Below are positions 10,100 to 21,175 of a DNA stretch of 64,000 nt, piece by piece. The stretch's first letter is position 1. Each line of letters starts with the position of its first letter. A program made the position numbers and the translations under genes. The notes under the pieces are model-generated. The model was not told the origin of the DNA and did no database searches. It saw nothing but the letters and a program-made list of their open reading frames with translations. Origin of the DNA: Candidatus Latescibacterota bacterium (GTDB lineage Bacteria > Latescibacterota > UBA2968 > UBA8231); the NCBI GenBank assembly GCA_965197905.1, contig CBDAOB010000005.1:736001-800000 (forward strand), in the 5' to 3' direction.

Positions 10100-11548
10100 A
10101 TGCAACTGGCGTGTGAAGGGCATTCGCAGATCGGTTGGGTCACGCCGGGCATGCAGGTTGTGCAAAACCGGCCGACGGTTCACCCCGAGCCCGTGCTGGA
10201 ACCGGCTACCGATGCGGATCGAATGAGCACCTCTATCTACGGTTCCGTCTTGCGGGATAACGGGCTGTATCGCATGTGGTATCAGGCCGTCCCGGCAAAC
10301 TGGGAGGGGGCACCCCAGGGGTTCGGCGTCGGCTGCGTTGAGAGCGACGACGGTTTTGAGTGGCGCCGCCCGAACTACGGGGCGCTCGAGGTCTGTGGAT
10401 CCAAACAGAATCATATTACCGATCTGCCGTTGCACTGTCCCTCCGTATTTGTGGACTCCACGGCACCGGCACCGATGCGGTACCGCGCGTTCGGGTGGAC
10501 CAAACCGGATCCCAGCCTCGGCGAGACTGTCAAGCGGCGGGGATATTATACCGCCCACTCGGCTGATGGGATTCACTGGAAGCTGGATTCGGACGAACCG
10601 CTCTACGAGGGCCACGACGTCATTACGTCTGTTTGGAATCCGTTCACCGACAGCGCGCTCGTTGTTTCAAAACGCCTCCAATGGATCCGCGGGATCCCCC
10701 GTCGCGTCCATTGGACCTCCCGCTGGACGCGGGACTCGTTCACCGAACCGGAATCGGCGCTCGTTCCGGACGAATTCGATGACGTGGTGGCGGTGGCGAA
10801 CGGATTCAACAGCGCCGACTACTACGGCGTCGGGCTTTTTCCCACCCCTGGCGCCACCATTGGTTTTCTCTGGCACTTCCGGCACCAGCTCCCGCTAAGC
10901 AGTGGCAACGTTCAGTACGGCATCTTCGGCCGCATCGACATCAGTCTGATCTATCAGATCGAACACCGGGGCAAGTGGCAGCATTTTCCGGGACGCGCCG
11001 CGTGGCTCTCTGGCGCCGACATGCCGGAATGGGGTGAGCACGGCCTCTGCACCGCCGCCTTCCCGCTGGAGGTGGCCGACGAGACCCGGCTCTACATCAC
11101 CGGCTCTCCGCATCGACATGGATCCTATCTGGACAGCTCCTGGAATCCCGACCCACAGCGCACCGCCATGATGCGAGAGCGGGGCCAGTCGGTGATCGGC
11201 ATGGTTTCGTGGCCTACCGGTCGCCTTCTCGGATTCCAGGCCCCGTTGCTGGAAACGATGGAGCTGACGCCGGCCGCAGCCTCTAGTTCCGCGGCAGATT
11301 CAAACACGCCCAAAATGGTTTTGAATGTTGTCACCGCGCAGACCGGACGCGTACGGGTGGCTCTCGTGGATGAACAGGAAGAGCCGATTGCGGGGTTTAG
11401 CTTCGAGGACTGCGAGCCAATCAGCGGTGACCACCGGCAGGCGGTGGTTCGATGGAAAAATGGGCCCCAGCTGCTCGCGAACGAGACGGTCAAAGCCCGC
11501 ATAGAGATTACCCGCGGCACCCTTTGGGCGTTCGAGTTTGTGACCTAG
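10100..11548 (+). CDS. Hypothetical beta-propeller glycoside-hydrolase-like protein
   Basis: GGAGG RBS before ATG 10100; 'YRMWYQ', 'ESDDGFEW', 'SADGIHW', 'GFSFEDCEPISGD'. Confidence 0.7.
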   Translation: MQLACEGHSQIGWVTPGMQVVQNRPTVHPEPVLEPATDADRMSTSIYGSVLRDNGLYRMWYQAVPANWEGAPQGFGVGCVESDDGFEWRRPNYGALEVCGSKQNHITDLPLHCPSVFVDSTAPAPMRYRAFGWTKPDPSLGETVKRRGYYTAHSADGIHWKLDSDEPLYEGHDVITSVWNPFTDSALVVSKRLQWIRGIPRRVHWTSRWTRDSFTEPESALVPDEFDDVVAVANGFNSADYYGVGLFPTPGATIGFLWHFRHQLPLSSGNVQYGIFGRIDISLIYQIEHRGKWQHFPGRAAWLSGADMPEWGEHGLCTAAFPLEVADETRLYITGSPHRHGSYLDSSWNPDPQRTAMMRERGQSVIGMVSWPTGRLLGFQAPLLETMELTPAAASSSAADSNTPKMVLNVVTAQTGRVRVALVDEQEEPIAGFSFEDCEPISGDHRQAVVRWKNGPQLLANETVKARIEITRGTLWAFEFVT

Positions 11549-11593
11549 TCCCCTGTATCAGAAGTAGGCTGGGTCGGTCAAGCGATGTCGATG

Positions 11594-12745
11594 CTAGGCT
11601 TCGCGAAAATCCGGCACGTCGACCGGAACTCCACCCTTTTCCAATGAAATGCCGCCGCAGATGCCGGGCGCCGTCATCTCCAGGCCGGTAATGATGTCAA
11701 GAGGGGGAGTTTCGTCGTTGATGATGGCATCGATGAAGGCGCGCACCTGCCAGTAGTCGCCACCGGCGTGACCGACGTGAATGCCCTCGGGCGGTGGGTT
11801 GTGCATAGGTTTCGGTAGGTGCTCTTCGAAGTCCATTAGCGGGTGGAAGCGGGGTGGCTCCCCATGCACGTCGGCGAACCAGACTTGATGGAATTCGTCG
11901 ACGACCCCTTCGCCCTCACCGTGGTTCTTGTGTTTCACGTTTCCGTCTACTGCCCAGATCGTGCGGCGGTTTCCCTCGTAGACCCCTTTGGTTCCTTGCA
12001 AGCTGTAAAACTTGCGAACCGGTCCGGTGGTGAGCACATCGTTGCGGATCTTGATCAGCTTGCCGCTGGGGGTCTGACAGATCAGCAGGTTGCTGTCGTC
12101 ATTCAAAAACTCCGGAAAGCTCCGGCGGCCCGATCCGAAGCAGGACACCGTGGCCACGCGCTCGCCAAACCAGTCGAGCACCGGCCCCAGTGCATGGGTC
12201 GCGTAGGTGGTTCCTTTCTTATTGGCCAAATAGCGGTTGTGCCAGGTAGGATTCCCGTCCGAGTCATAGATGACGTGTTTCATGTCGTGGACGTATTCGC
12301 CCTCGCTGTAGTGGATCTCGCCGAAGAACCCCTGGCGCGCAAGTTCGCGAACGAGCACATGCTCGCGCATGTAGACGTAATTCTCGGCGAGCATGTAGGT
12401 ACGATCGGATTTTTTGACCGCTTCCAGGAGCTCCCAGCACTCCTCAAGGGTTGCGGCGGCGGGGATTTCGCACAATACATGCTTGCCGGCGTCGAGCGCG
12501 GCCACCGTTTGCGGTACGTGGTCGGGCAACGGTGACCCGATGAAGATGATGTCCACATCGCTGGCCAGGAGATCTTCGAAACGGGTGTAAACCTGGGGGA
12601 TAGCGTACCGGTCCGCGATGGGGCGCACGGTTTCCTCGTGGCGCGTGCAAAACGCCGCCACCTCCGTCTCTGGCATCACCCTGAAACATTGCAGCGCGCC
12701 TTCGCCGCGCTTACCCACAAAGCCGACCTTGAGCGATCTGTTCAT
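11594..12745 (-). CDS. Gfo/Idh/MocA oxidoreductase (GH109-like subgroup)
   Basis: 'AGKHVLCEIPAA', 'YMLAENY', 'EGEYVHD', 'YATHALGP', 'GHAGGD'. Confidence 0.9.
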   Translation of the reverse strand: MNRSLKVGFVGKRGEGALQCFRVMPETEVAAFCTRHEETVRPIADRYAIPQVYTRFEDLLASDVDIIFIGSPLPDHVPQTVAALDAGKHVLCEIPAAATLEECWELLEAVKKSDRTYMLAENYVYMREHVLVRELARQGFFGEIHYSEGEYVHDMKHVIYDSDGNPTWHNRYLANKKGTTYATHALGPVLDWFGERVATVSCFGSGRRSFPEFLNDDSNLLICQTPSGKLIKIRNDVLTTGPVRKFYSLQGTKGVYEGNRRTIWAVDGNVKHKNHGEGEGVVDEFHQVWFADVHGEPPRFHPLMDFEEHLPKPMHNPPPEGIHVGHAGGDYWQVRAFIDAIINDETPPLDIITGLEMTAPGICGGISLEKGGVPVDVPDFREA

Positions 12746-12999
12746 TGGTTGTCTCCGAACTGTTGGAGGTTCGCCGGCAGCTTGTCGTCGGGCAAGTAGA
12801 TGCCCAGCTTGAACCGGTATTCCGACACTAGATGTCTCCAGAGGCTGTGCTCATTACTGGCGTCCTAGCACCGCGACAGGCCACCGTGCGCGAAGATAGA
12901 ACAACCTCAGATTAATACCAATGGTCGATCAAGAACGCGAATGATCGCCCACAGAAAGGAATCGAGTGCTCAATCTTGTTCTGCCCGTCAGTCGGGCCA

Positions 13000-14925
13000 T
13001 CACCAACGGTGTAGCCAGTGAGAAACGCCGGGGAACCAGATCCGGTCCACCCCCCGGGCCACGATGATGCCGAGCACGTAGCCTACCAGCATTCCGTAAA
13101 ACAACGGCTTCGCGGCTGAGTACCTGCGCACGCCGCCGAATCGCAGCAGGGTGAACTTGGCGATCCACACCACGAGCAGGCTGAACCAGTAGAGCTGCGC
13201 TCCAATGGTGTACTGAAACGCCAGCCCTACGGGGTGGAATGGGAACCAGTGAAAACGCGTTCTAAGCCATGCTATCCCGGCCGCCTCGAAAAAGCCGATC
13301 AGCCACACGACCCACTTGCCCGCGGATGTGACGGTCGGGTTGTTGATCAAACGCACCATGGTATCCAGCGCCACCTCGTTGCCGCTGAGACCGTGAATCA
13401 TCATGCCGTAGGCTTCGTTTATGGTGGTCCCGGCGATGGCGAGAAAACCAGCCGTGAAACTGAAAATGATCGTCGTGGAGACCCACACCGGTTGCCGTTC
13501 GATGGAGAAAAGCCGCAGCTGGTGAACGATAGCCGGCCAGCAAGGGATCCGACCCCCGGAGCCGAAGAAGACGTTGCTGGTGAACATGCCGAAGCCGACC
13601 ACGGAGCGGGGAGAGAGAAATTTCGTGCCCACCAGGTTGATGATGAAGGACTCGCCTTTGATGTGGATGGCGTTGGGTATGAGATAGGCGAACCCGGTGG
13701 CAGCCATCAGCTTTACGGTTACAAAGTTCACTGCAACCAGTAGCAACAACATGCCTACCGCCAAGGGCAGGCTGGCACCCAGCGCCATGATCCAGCCTGT
13801 CACGTAGGTTGCAGAGATTGCCAGCCCTAACAAGGCCCAGCGGTAACGTCTGATCTCCGCGGGAGCGCCCTCGCCGTTAAGAGCTTGCCTCCATACAGTC
13901 TGCAGATGACGTCGCGCCAACCAGATGGACCAGAGCGCGACGAAGATTAACGCGCCGTGGCTCTCCATATACATGATGTCGAGGGCACCCAGCTGACTGC
14001 CCTCGGACCCTACCGTGAATCCTGTTCGACCCATCATCCACTCTTTGGGCAGTGTCAACCAGTAGAAGACGATCAGGCTGGCGAGGATATCCAGCGGGCA
14101 TAGATACGCCACTGCGAGCACGAGAGGCAGAAAGCGAAAAACAAGGCCGCGGGAAATGTGTGGACCGAGATCGACGGGGTATTGGTCGAAGAAGATCTTC
14201 ACCATCGGCAATCCCGGCAGGAAGTAAGTGGCGGCATTGTAGGCGGCCGGCACAAAAACGAGAACCACACCTACCCAGAACAACCTCGACCTAAACAGTC
14301 GGGGGAACCGGCCGGGTCCCTCGCAGCCGGAGGTGAGATCGAGGGGCATCTGGGCCAATGGAAAGGTTAGCTTCTCCATGTCGACCCATTGCCGGTGGAA
14401 GAGTATAAAGATGCAGAAACCAAGTACGACCATACCGATGGACACCCCGAGCCACTGACCGACGATTTCGAACCATCCTTGCCAGGGAACTGAGTAACCT
14501 CGATCCAGGCCGAACCAGAAGCCGTCAATGACGCGCTGCTCGGTACTGGCGAAAACATGCCAAGGCAACAGGTCGAAGATCGTCTCGACCCACTGGTTTT
14601 CAGGACTGGCTACGTGGGTTGGGATGGCCCCAAGCTTGACCAGGTCCCACATCCAGCCGTTGGAAGGAATCGTGCCCACCACCCATCCCGCTACGAAGAT
14701 GGTGAGCAGCTCCCCTCTTTTGAGGGCGAACCGCGGAATGACGGTATGCAGGATGGCGTTTGCGAACAGCCAGAAAACGAAGGAGATGAGCACCATCAAC
14801 GGCAGCTGAGAGCTCACCGAAAGGTGCAGCAGATGCACGACCGCTGCGAAAGAGACTACGCCCAGAAGAACCGCGCGCAGAGTTATCGTTGGAGCAGATT
14901 CCCCAGCTCCACCCAGCGCCCCCAA
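13000..14925 (-). CDS. Polytopic membrane protein, DUF6785/DUF6784-like putative transporter (copy 1); start uncertain
   Basis: Many hydrophobic segments; 'ITLRAVLLG', 'RQWVDMEKLTFPLAQMPL', 'WFPFHPVG', 'KPLFYG'. TTG 14925 lies just after the upstream stop. Confidence 0.8.
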   Translation of the reverse strand: MGALGGAGESAPTITLRAVLLGVVSFAAVVHLLHLSVSSQLPLMVLISFVFWLFANAILHTVIPRFALKRGELLTIFVAGWVVGTIPSNGWMWDLVKLGAIPTHVASPENQWVETIFDLLPWHVFASTEQRVIDGFWFGLDRGYSVPWQGWFEIVGQWLGVSIGMVVLGFCIFILFHRQWVDMEKLTFPLAQMPLDLTSGCEGPGRFPRLFRSRLFWVGVVLVFVPAAYNAATYFLPGLPMVKIFFDQYPVDLGPHISRGLVFRFLPLVLAVAYLCPLDILASLIVFYWLTLPKEWMMGRTGFTVGSEGSQLGALDIMYMESHGALIFVALWSIWLARRHLQTVWRQALNGEGAPAEIRRYRWALLGLAISATYVTGWIMALGASLPLAVGMLLLLVAVNFVTVKLMAATGFAYLIPNAIHIKGESFIINLVGTKFLSPRSVVGFGMFTSNVFFGSGGRIPCWPAIVHQLRLFSIERQPVWVSTTIIFSFTAGFLAIAGTTINEAYGMMIHGLSGNEVALDTMVRLINNPTVTSAGKWVVWLIGFFEAAGIAWLRTRFHWFPFHPVGLAFQYTIGAQLYWFSLLVVWIAKFTLLRFGGVRRYSAAKPLFYGMLVGYVLGIIVARGVDRIWFPGVSHWLHRW

Positions 14926-14938
14926 GTCGGTGCTACAC

Positions 14939-15949
14939 CTACGACTGTGCGGTTGGATCGGTGCCTTCCTGGAGAATGCGCTCCACCAGCTCCATGCTTT
15001 TGACCGCATCACCGAAATGGGTCAGCGGCTGGCGGCCTTCCTTCACACAGTCGATGAAATGCCGATCCTCGTGCCAGAAACCCATCCAGTTGAGTGAATC
15101 CTCGTCGGGCATACCCTCTTTGGTAGCAAACTCCTTGGATTCGTAGCGCTCCTCGTCATCCTTACCCCGTCTGATGAAGGCTTCGCTGGCGGCATCCACG
15201 TAAGCGGAGACGTCGCGCCCGTGGAACTCGACGCGAAACACGCCAACCCCGGTGACGTAGCTGCAATTCAGGATGCCAACGGCACCGGTGCTGAAAGAGG
15301 CCAGGGCGCTGAATTCGTTGTAATGCGGTCCGGGAATGTAGCGGGCACATACGTGAGCGGTCAGATCCTCTACCTCGCCGCCACATAGAAAGCGCAGATT
15401 GTCCACCGCGTGAATCATATCGCAGGTCAGGTTATCGATAACCCCTCCATAGATGCCGGCCGGTTCGCTCAGATTTCGGCCGCCTTTGAGAAAACTCACG
15501 GTTGCCTGGTGGATCGGGCCCTGTTCCTCCAGCTTCGGCTTCAGAGCGGACAGTGCGGGAATGTGCCGGCGTTGGAAACCGACGGCGGTCAAGCAGGAGT
15601 TCTCTGCGGCGAAGTAGGCGAGCATCCGGGCTTGGTTGGTGGTCAAGCCCAGCGGTTTCTCCACGAACAGATGGCGGCCCTGTTGCAGTACCGCGGCCGC
15701 CGGGGCGTAGAGGTGCTGCGGCATCATGATGGCGTACACCACCTGCGGATCGACCTCCTCCAGCATCGCCTCGAAGTCGGTGAAAACGCGTGGTATTCCG
15801 AACTTCTCAGCCGCCGCCGCTGCCTTCTCTTCAATCAGATCACAGGTGGCAACAAGCTCGACATCTGGAAGGCTCGACAAACAGGGATAATGTACGGTGG
15901 TTGCCAGGTTGCCAGCTCCTATCATTGCCACTCGAACCATTTCCGCCAT
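14939..15949 (-). CDS. Gfo/Idh/MocA oxidoreductase
   Basis: 'VAMIGAG', 'HLFVEKP', 'VGFQRR', 'IHAVD'; GAGGA RBS. Confidence 0.9.
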   Translation of the reverse strand: MAEMVRVAMIGAGNLATTVHYPCLSSLPDVELVATCDLIEEKAAAAAEKFGIPRVFTDFEAMLEEVDPQVVYAIMMPQHLYAPAAAVLQQGRHLFVEKPLGLTTNQARMLAYFAAENSCLTAVGFQRRHIPALSALKPKLEEQGPIHQATVSFLKGGRNLSEPAGIYGGVIDNLTCDMIHAVDNLRFLCGGEVEDLTAHVCARYIPGPHYNEFSALASFSTGAVGILNCSYVTGVGVFRVEFHGRDVSAYVDAASEAFIRRGKDDEERYESKEFATKEGMPDEDSLNWMGFWHEDRHFIDCVKEGRQPLTHFGDAVKSMELVERILQEGTDPTAQS

Positions 15950-16145
15950 GACGGTCCTCTCGTTACGCGTTTCTTCCTCTGCTTACCCGGGCAGCTTTCT
16001 TACATCAGTCACAAAGAGCACGAAGCACCTTATCCGTCGTTGCGTCAAGTCTCTGGGATTCGCCGCCGTCGTGCGCAGATCGAGAGCCATCGATGAACCT
16101 TTCAATCCATTGTTTTGCCACGATCTTTGTTCTATCTAGAGGAAT

Positions 16146-19028
16146 ATGAGGTTTCTGTCCCGATGCGCCCCACTCGCGCTCGCGTATGTGTCTGCCGGTC
16201 TGTTGCTGTCAGGCGCTACCTACGCGAGCGTGGACAGCGCTTTCTTTCCGCCCGAGACCACGGATCTCCGTCTGGCTCTTCGCTACCCCCGCCCTGGGTA
16301 CGAGAATTACGCGATCAATCACTACGAGAATTACCCTGACCACAGCTGGAACACGCGCGTCCGTGGCCCCCTGATTGGCATAGCTCACGGCGTCGACCGG
16401 CCCAAGGCGTTCCTCGATCTCATGGGGAACCATGTCATCACGGGCCACGACCTGTATACCTGGGTCGAGCGGAGACAACCGGAGCAGCGCTTCGGCAGCG
16501 CGCTGTTTAAGGACTGGCCGGCGTTCCAGCCGCTCTTCACCAGTGTGGCGGTGGCCAACGACGGGTACGGCGACTGGGGATATCACATCATGGCGGGAGA
16601 CGGCCTGATCGCGCGGTTATCGCCTTTGACCCTGTCCAAAACTGATCTATACGGGTTTCGGTTTGATTTTTCTACGCCGCTTTTGAAACTAACAGGTGTC
16701 GGATCGCGTATCGCTCGCCCCAACCGCGAGGCCTCCTACAATGCGGACGGCGGAGAAATAGACGTCAATCACTCCACCATGCTGCTGGGTGGGCGCGCTC
16801 AGCTGGATATCGGTCGGCTTTCGGTGGGCATCAACGGCGCTAACCTGCATTCCTACAACAGCACCGAGACCAACAACTCGATAAAGGGCCGACTGCGACG
16901 AGACCAGCCCACCTACTCTTTTCTGGCGGTGCGTTTTTCGGACGATGCTCCTCAAGATGGCAGGCCCGGTGCGGCGATACAGAGCGTGCTGTTGGTGATC
17001 AATGGGGAGTCAAGGTCCGATCTGCAACCCGGCATCTTTCGCACGCGGTCAGGAACGCGACCCCAGGTCGGACGCACCCTTTCGACCGGCCGATTCATCG
17101 CTTCGGCCTACACCAGCATAACGGGACCGACCGTCTATTACCGGGATCAGGAGCTGCCGCTGTTCGCCGATTTTCTCTATCGGCTGGATCATGAAGCGGG
17201 AGTGGATGTATCCGATCTGGTTCGTCTGGAGGGGATGCTGGAGGAAATTCAGCTGGTGTCACCAGAGGGAATTCAGCACGCCGACGATGGTGAGCAAATC
17301 GTCTACTTCTACGATCTTCGGAACGAACCGTACATAGAATCTGTTGCAGTCGAGGCGGTGGTAGGCAACGACTACCTGGTGGAATGGGCTGGGATCAATC
17401 TCAACGAGATCAACGACACGGCGCCCCGCTATGAAGATCGATATCAGGCATCGTTCTATCGCACCGCGTTGCGCGCCAAAGGAAGAGTGCAGGATCTGTC
17501 CAACCTGGCGCGCCGGCGGTTCGAGGTGGCGGAAAACACGGCGATCTTCACCTACAGTTGCGATCTGCAGCTGACCTTGCCGTGGCTGGACATCAGCGGC
17601 GAGTACGCGCGGTCAGCGCTCTACTCCCGTTATCCGGCCCGCACGCAGGAGCAGTCCCTGGTGAACGAAGGCCCCCGCTTCGACCTGCGAGGCAGCGCTT
17701 ATTTTCTCAACGGGATCAGGCGGTATGACCGGGGCATGCTCGGTTTCGAGGCGTTTTCCATGAATTCAGGTTTTACCACTGACATGCCCACCTACCTCAA
17801 GAAGGACCACGGATATCGCACCAGCCGTGGACAGGACCCGCTGTGGCTGATGACCAACGATACCGTGATCTGGAGTCTTGTGCAGGACAACGAAGATGGT
17901 GATCGCTGGCCCGACTTCTTCGTCGGCAATATCTTGGGCAGTGGGGGTGAAACCGCCGACCGGGACGGGGTGTTCCCCGGTCAGGACGAGGACAACGATG
18001 GATTGGTAGAAACGGACCGCAACTTCAACGGTACGCCCGACTACGAAGAGACGTTCTTGCTTTTCGATGTGGAACCAAACGAGTACGTCTACGGTCTCGA
18101 TCGCAATAACAACGATGAGCCGGACCATCGCGAGGACGATTGGGAATCGGACTATCCGTACGATTCCGATCAGCGCGGCTACCACCTCTTTGGGCAGCTG
18201 AATCTCACGCCAAGCTGGTCTGTTGGGACGGGACGGTACGCCGTTAAGGGACTGGCCGGCGGTGGCCACAATCGCTCGTCGTACGCCCTGTTTGCCTACC
18301 GATGGCAGGGGCGGGACCGCGTGCGGCAGCTATTCTTCGAGAACAACCTGCGCCGTGTGGAAGATGATATCGCCGACAACCACATTCAGTTCAACCGCGG
18401 TAGACGCGAGCGTGACGATCCGCTGCACTATCAGAGCAGCAACGTAAACGAAACCTATCTCGAAGGTGATTTCCGCCCCTTCTCGCAGCTTCGCCTGGTA
18501 CAGAGGCTACGAGTCCGATTCAACTGGCAGCGTGGCGGTCAACTGCCGTCCGGACAGTTTCAGCGCCAAAGACGACTGGACTTCACCGCCTACGTCAGCC
18601 GTCTGGATTACACCTGGAACCGGGGCAGGTTCAGCCTTGTCCCACAATTCAAGTTTCTGTATATGCGTCTGCGTGACAGTGAAATCGATCGAGACCTGCT
18701 GTCGGAACAGCGGATCGTACCGATTCTGAAGATGAGTTATGCGGTCGTTTCGAGAACCACGCTACAGCTGGGAATCCAGGGGTGGGGTCCGTTACCATAC
18801 CGCATCAAAAATAGGGCGCAATCCCGCGAGAGCCTCAAGCAGCGCACGCTGGTGTTCACTACCACCAATCGCACTCGTTACCTGGGATACGACTTGATTA
18901 CGATTGTGGGGTTCAGCAAGGACAGGCTGATTTTCGACGATCCGGCACAGCGTTTCCGTGCGCGCAATTCGCTTCAGTTTTTCGTTCGCAGCGCCCTTGG
19001 CTTCACCGAGTTTGGACGCTTGCTCTGA
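16146..19028 (+). CDS. Large secreted unknown protein, putative outer-membrane beta-barrel (copy 1)
   Basis: Signal-peptide-like N-terminus, Asp-rich block 'DNEDGDRWPD...DEDNDG...DRNNNDEPD' and amphipathic C-terminal strands; paralogous to 28581, 34742 and 41211. Confidence 0.8.
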   Translation: MRFLSRCAPLALAYVSAGLLLSGATYASVDSAFFPPETTDLRLALRYPRPGYENYAINHYENYPDHSWNTRVRGPLIGIAHGVDRPKAFLDLMGNHVITGHDLYTWVERRQPEQRFGSALFKDWPAFQPLFTSVAVANDGYGDWGYHIMAGDGLIARLSPLTLSKTDLYGFRFDFSTPLLKLTGVGSRIARPNREASYNADGGEIDVNHSTMLLGGRAQLDIGRLSVGINGANLHSYNSTETNNSIKGRLRRDQPTYSFLAVRFSDDAPQDGRPGAAIQSVLLVINGESRSDLQPGIFRTRSGTRPQVGRTLSTGRFIASAYTSITGPTVYYRDQELPLFADFLYRLDHEAGVDVSDLVRLEGMLEEIQLVSPEGIQHADDGEQIVYFYDLRNEPYIESVAVEAVVGNDYLVEWAGINLNEINDTAPRYEDRYQASFYRTALRAKGRVQDLSNLARRRFEVAENTAIFTYSCDLQLTLPWLDISGEYARSALYSRYPARTQEQSLVNEGPRFDLRGSAYFLNGIRRYDRGMLGFEAFSMNSGFTTDMPTYLKKDHGYRTSRGQDPLWLMTNDTVIWSLVQDNEDGDRWPDFFVGNILGSGGETADRDGVFPGQDEDNDGLVETDRNFNGTPDYEETFLLFDVEPNEYVYGLDRNNNDEPDHREDDWESDYPYDSDQRGYHLFGQLNLTPSWSVGTGRYAVKGLAGGGHNRSSYALFAYRWQGRDRVRQLFFENNLRRVEDDIADNHIQFNRGRRERDDPLHYQSSNVNETYLEGDFRPFSQLRLVQRLRVRFNWQRGGQLPSGQFQRQRRLDFTAYVSRLDYTWNRGRFSLVPQFKFLYMRLRDSEIDRDLLSEQRIVPILKMSYAVVSRTTLQLGIQGWGPLPYRIKNRAQSRESLKQRTLVFTTTNRTRYLGYDLITIVGFSKDRLIFDDPAQRFRARNSLQFFVRSALGFTEFGRLL

Positions 19029-19056
19029 ACTCTTGTACGGATGGGCACAAATCGCC

Positions 19057-20820
19057 CTAGCGGGTTTCAGGGCACCGGCCCGTTCCCGGCGCGATGCGGA
19101 CGATCTGATTGGCGGCAAAATCTCCGAATTCTTCCTCCGAGCCGTCCGGCCATCGCACCACCACGCCGAGAATCTCTGTTTCCCGGCCCAGTCCAAAGTG
19201 GACCCGCGGGTCGTTGGCGGCAAGATAGCTGTAGGCGGAGCGGACATCGCGCATTTTCCGGATCGATCCCACGCCTGCCGTCACCCGCGCTCCCTCAGCG
19301 GGGCTGCCCGCACGATTTACCACCTCGAACATGATCCAGTTGCCCCGGTTGGGGGCCCGGTTGTGCAGCAGATGGGCCGGAGCATCGCGATTGACCACCA
19401 GCAGGTCCATGCCCCCGTCGTTGTCAACGTCGCCGAAGGCCGCCCCCCGGCTGGTGGCGGCGAGCAGCTCGGCCGTCCCACCTCGGGGCAGGACCTCTTC
19501 GAAACGAGGCCCCGGTTGTCCTCTAAAGAGGATATTCGGCTCGGCAAACGGATCGACGCCGTAACGTTTGGGGTTGTTCTTGTAGATGCGTCCGTTTGCC
19601 GAGTAGAGATCGAGCCGTCCATCATTGTCGAAATCCACCATGCCCGCACCGAACCGAGTAAACAGGGTGTTTTGAAGCGCCAGGCCGACAGATGCGGTCA
19701 TATCCGAGAAATACGAGCCCGCGTTCCGATAATAAGAGTCGGTCTCCGTTTCCAGGTTGACTACATGCAGATCGAGGGTGCCGTTGTCGTCCAGATCGGC
19801 GACGTTCACCCCCATGCAGGCCTTCGGGCCACCGCTGTCGTCCACCGCGCATCCCCGGAGAACCGCTTGATCGGCGAATGTCCCGTCTCCCTGATTCATC
19901 CATAGCTGGTTCTTGCTTCCGTCGTTCGCCACGAAGATATCCGGGTGTCCGTCCTCGTCGAAGTCCGCACAGACCACCCCCAACCCGGCGCCATAGGCGG
20001 TATGCAAGCCGGACGGCTCCGACACGTCCCGAAAGCGGCCTTCGCCGTCGTTGAGATACAGCAGGTCCGGCACCGCTGTCTTGTAATTGACCGGGCCGCA
20101 ATAGTCCGGCTCTCCAAGGGAGGATACACACTCCTGGTCGGTCTCCACCGACCAGTCGAGATAATTCGCCACGAAGAGATCGAGATCGCCGTCCCTATCG
20201 AAATCGTGGAACGCGGAGCTGGTGCCCCAGTTGCGGTCGTTCACACCAAACGCTGACGATACGTCGCGAAATCGCACGCCGTCCTCATTCGTCAGCAGAA
20301 GATTGGGGCCGTAGTTGGTCACGTAGAGATCGGTCAATCCATCGCCATCAACGTCGCCGGCGCTGACTCCCATTCCGTATCCGGTATGGCCACTGCCGCT
20401 CCCATCAGTCACGTCGGTGAACATGCCCGTGCCGTCGTTGCTGAAGAGGCGATTCCCGCTTCTGCGACTCGCATCCGCCAGAACCCCGGCCTGCACGAGA
20501 TAGGCGTCTAGGTCGCCGTCGTTCTCCATATCGAACAATCCGACCCCGCCGGCCATGATCTCAGGGAGCAGGTGCCGCTCTCTGAATCCGGAGTCGAGGC
20601 TGAATGAGATACCCCGTTCCTCGGCGACCTCATGGAACCATGGTCTCCGGGCATCGACAGCTGAGCGAGTCGGGGTTTCGGGCGCCCCGTTCTCAGGGCG
20701 GCCGTCGCACCCGGGCTCTAAAAGTGTCAGGAATAGGACACTAATGAGAGGTATAAATCTGAGGAAGGGCTTACTTTCCAGCACGTGGATGGGAATGACT
20801 GTCCGAAGGGTGAAAAACAC
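19057..20820 (-). CDS. CRTAC1/ASPIC-UnbV family FG-GAP repeat protein; start approximate
   Basis: Repeated 'D-x-D-x-D-G-x-x-D-L' motifs and the ASPIC/UnbV tail 'SYLAANDPRVHFGLG...VRWPDG'. Confidence 0.9.
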   Translation of the reverse strand: MFFTLRTVIPIHVLESKPFLRFIPLISVLFLTLLEPGCDGRPENGAPETPTRSAVDARRPWFHEVAEERGISFSLDSGFRERHLLPEIMAGGVGLFDMENDGDLDAYLVQAGVLADASRRSGNRLFSNDGTGMFTDVTDGSGSGHTGYGMGVSAGDVDGDGLTDLYVTNYGPNLLLTNEDGVRFRDVSSAFGVNDRNWGTSSAFHDFDRDGDLDLFVANYLDWSVETDQECVSSLGEPDYCGPVNYKTAVPDLLYLNDGEGRFRDVSEPSGLHTAYGAGLGVVCADFDEDGHPDIFVANDGSKNQLWMNQGDGTFADQAVLRGCAVDDSGGPKACMGVNVADLDDNGTLDLHVVNLETETDSYYRNAGSYFSDMTASVGLALQNTLFTRFGAGMVDFDNDGRLDLYSANGRIYKNNPKRYGVDPFAEPNILFRGQPGPRFEEVLPRGGTAELLAATSRGAAFGDVDNDGGMDLLVVNRDAPAHLLHNRAPNRGNWIMFEVVNRAGSPAEGARVTAGVGSIRKMRDVRSAYSYLAANDPRVHFGLGRETEILGVVVRWPDGSEEEFGDFAANQIVRIAPGTGRCPETR

Positions 20821-21175
20821 GGGCAGAATCTACGGAGGAACCGGTACGGCGGACAGTTGTTGCTGCTGCAACCACCCTTCGGCGGCGGGATTGGGCGCGA
20901 TCTCTTTCGCCACCGTCGTCAGGAGATCGCCCTGACCCGCGCGGGAGCTACCGCAAGAAACGTCGTAAATCGCAGCGGTCCGCTTGCCGGGGTTGTAATT
21001 GCGCAGTGCGGTTAGAGAGTCGTAATTTCCACCGTACGATGCAGGTTGTCACGGCGGGAATATCGATATCACCATGCGGTGGTCGGATCGAGTTGTTGGT
21101 GGCGACCGCAGTCTGTACATACCACGAGGTGGGCACGCCGCCTCCCGGTTGTGGTCGACACCAAGGAGACAAACC

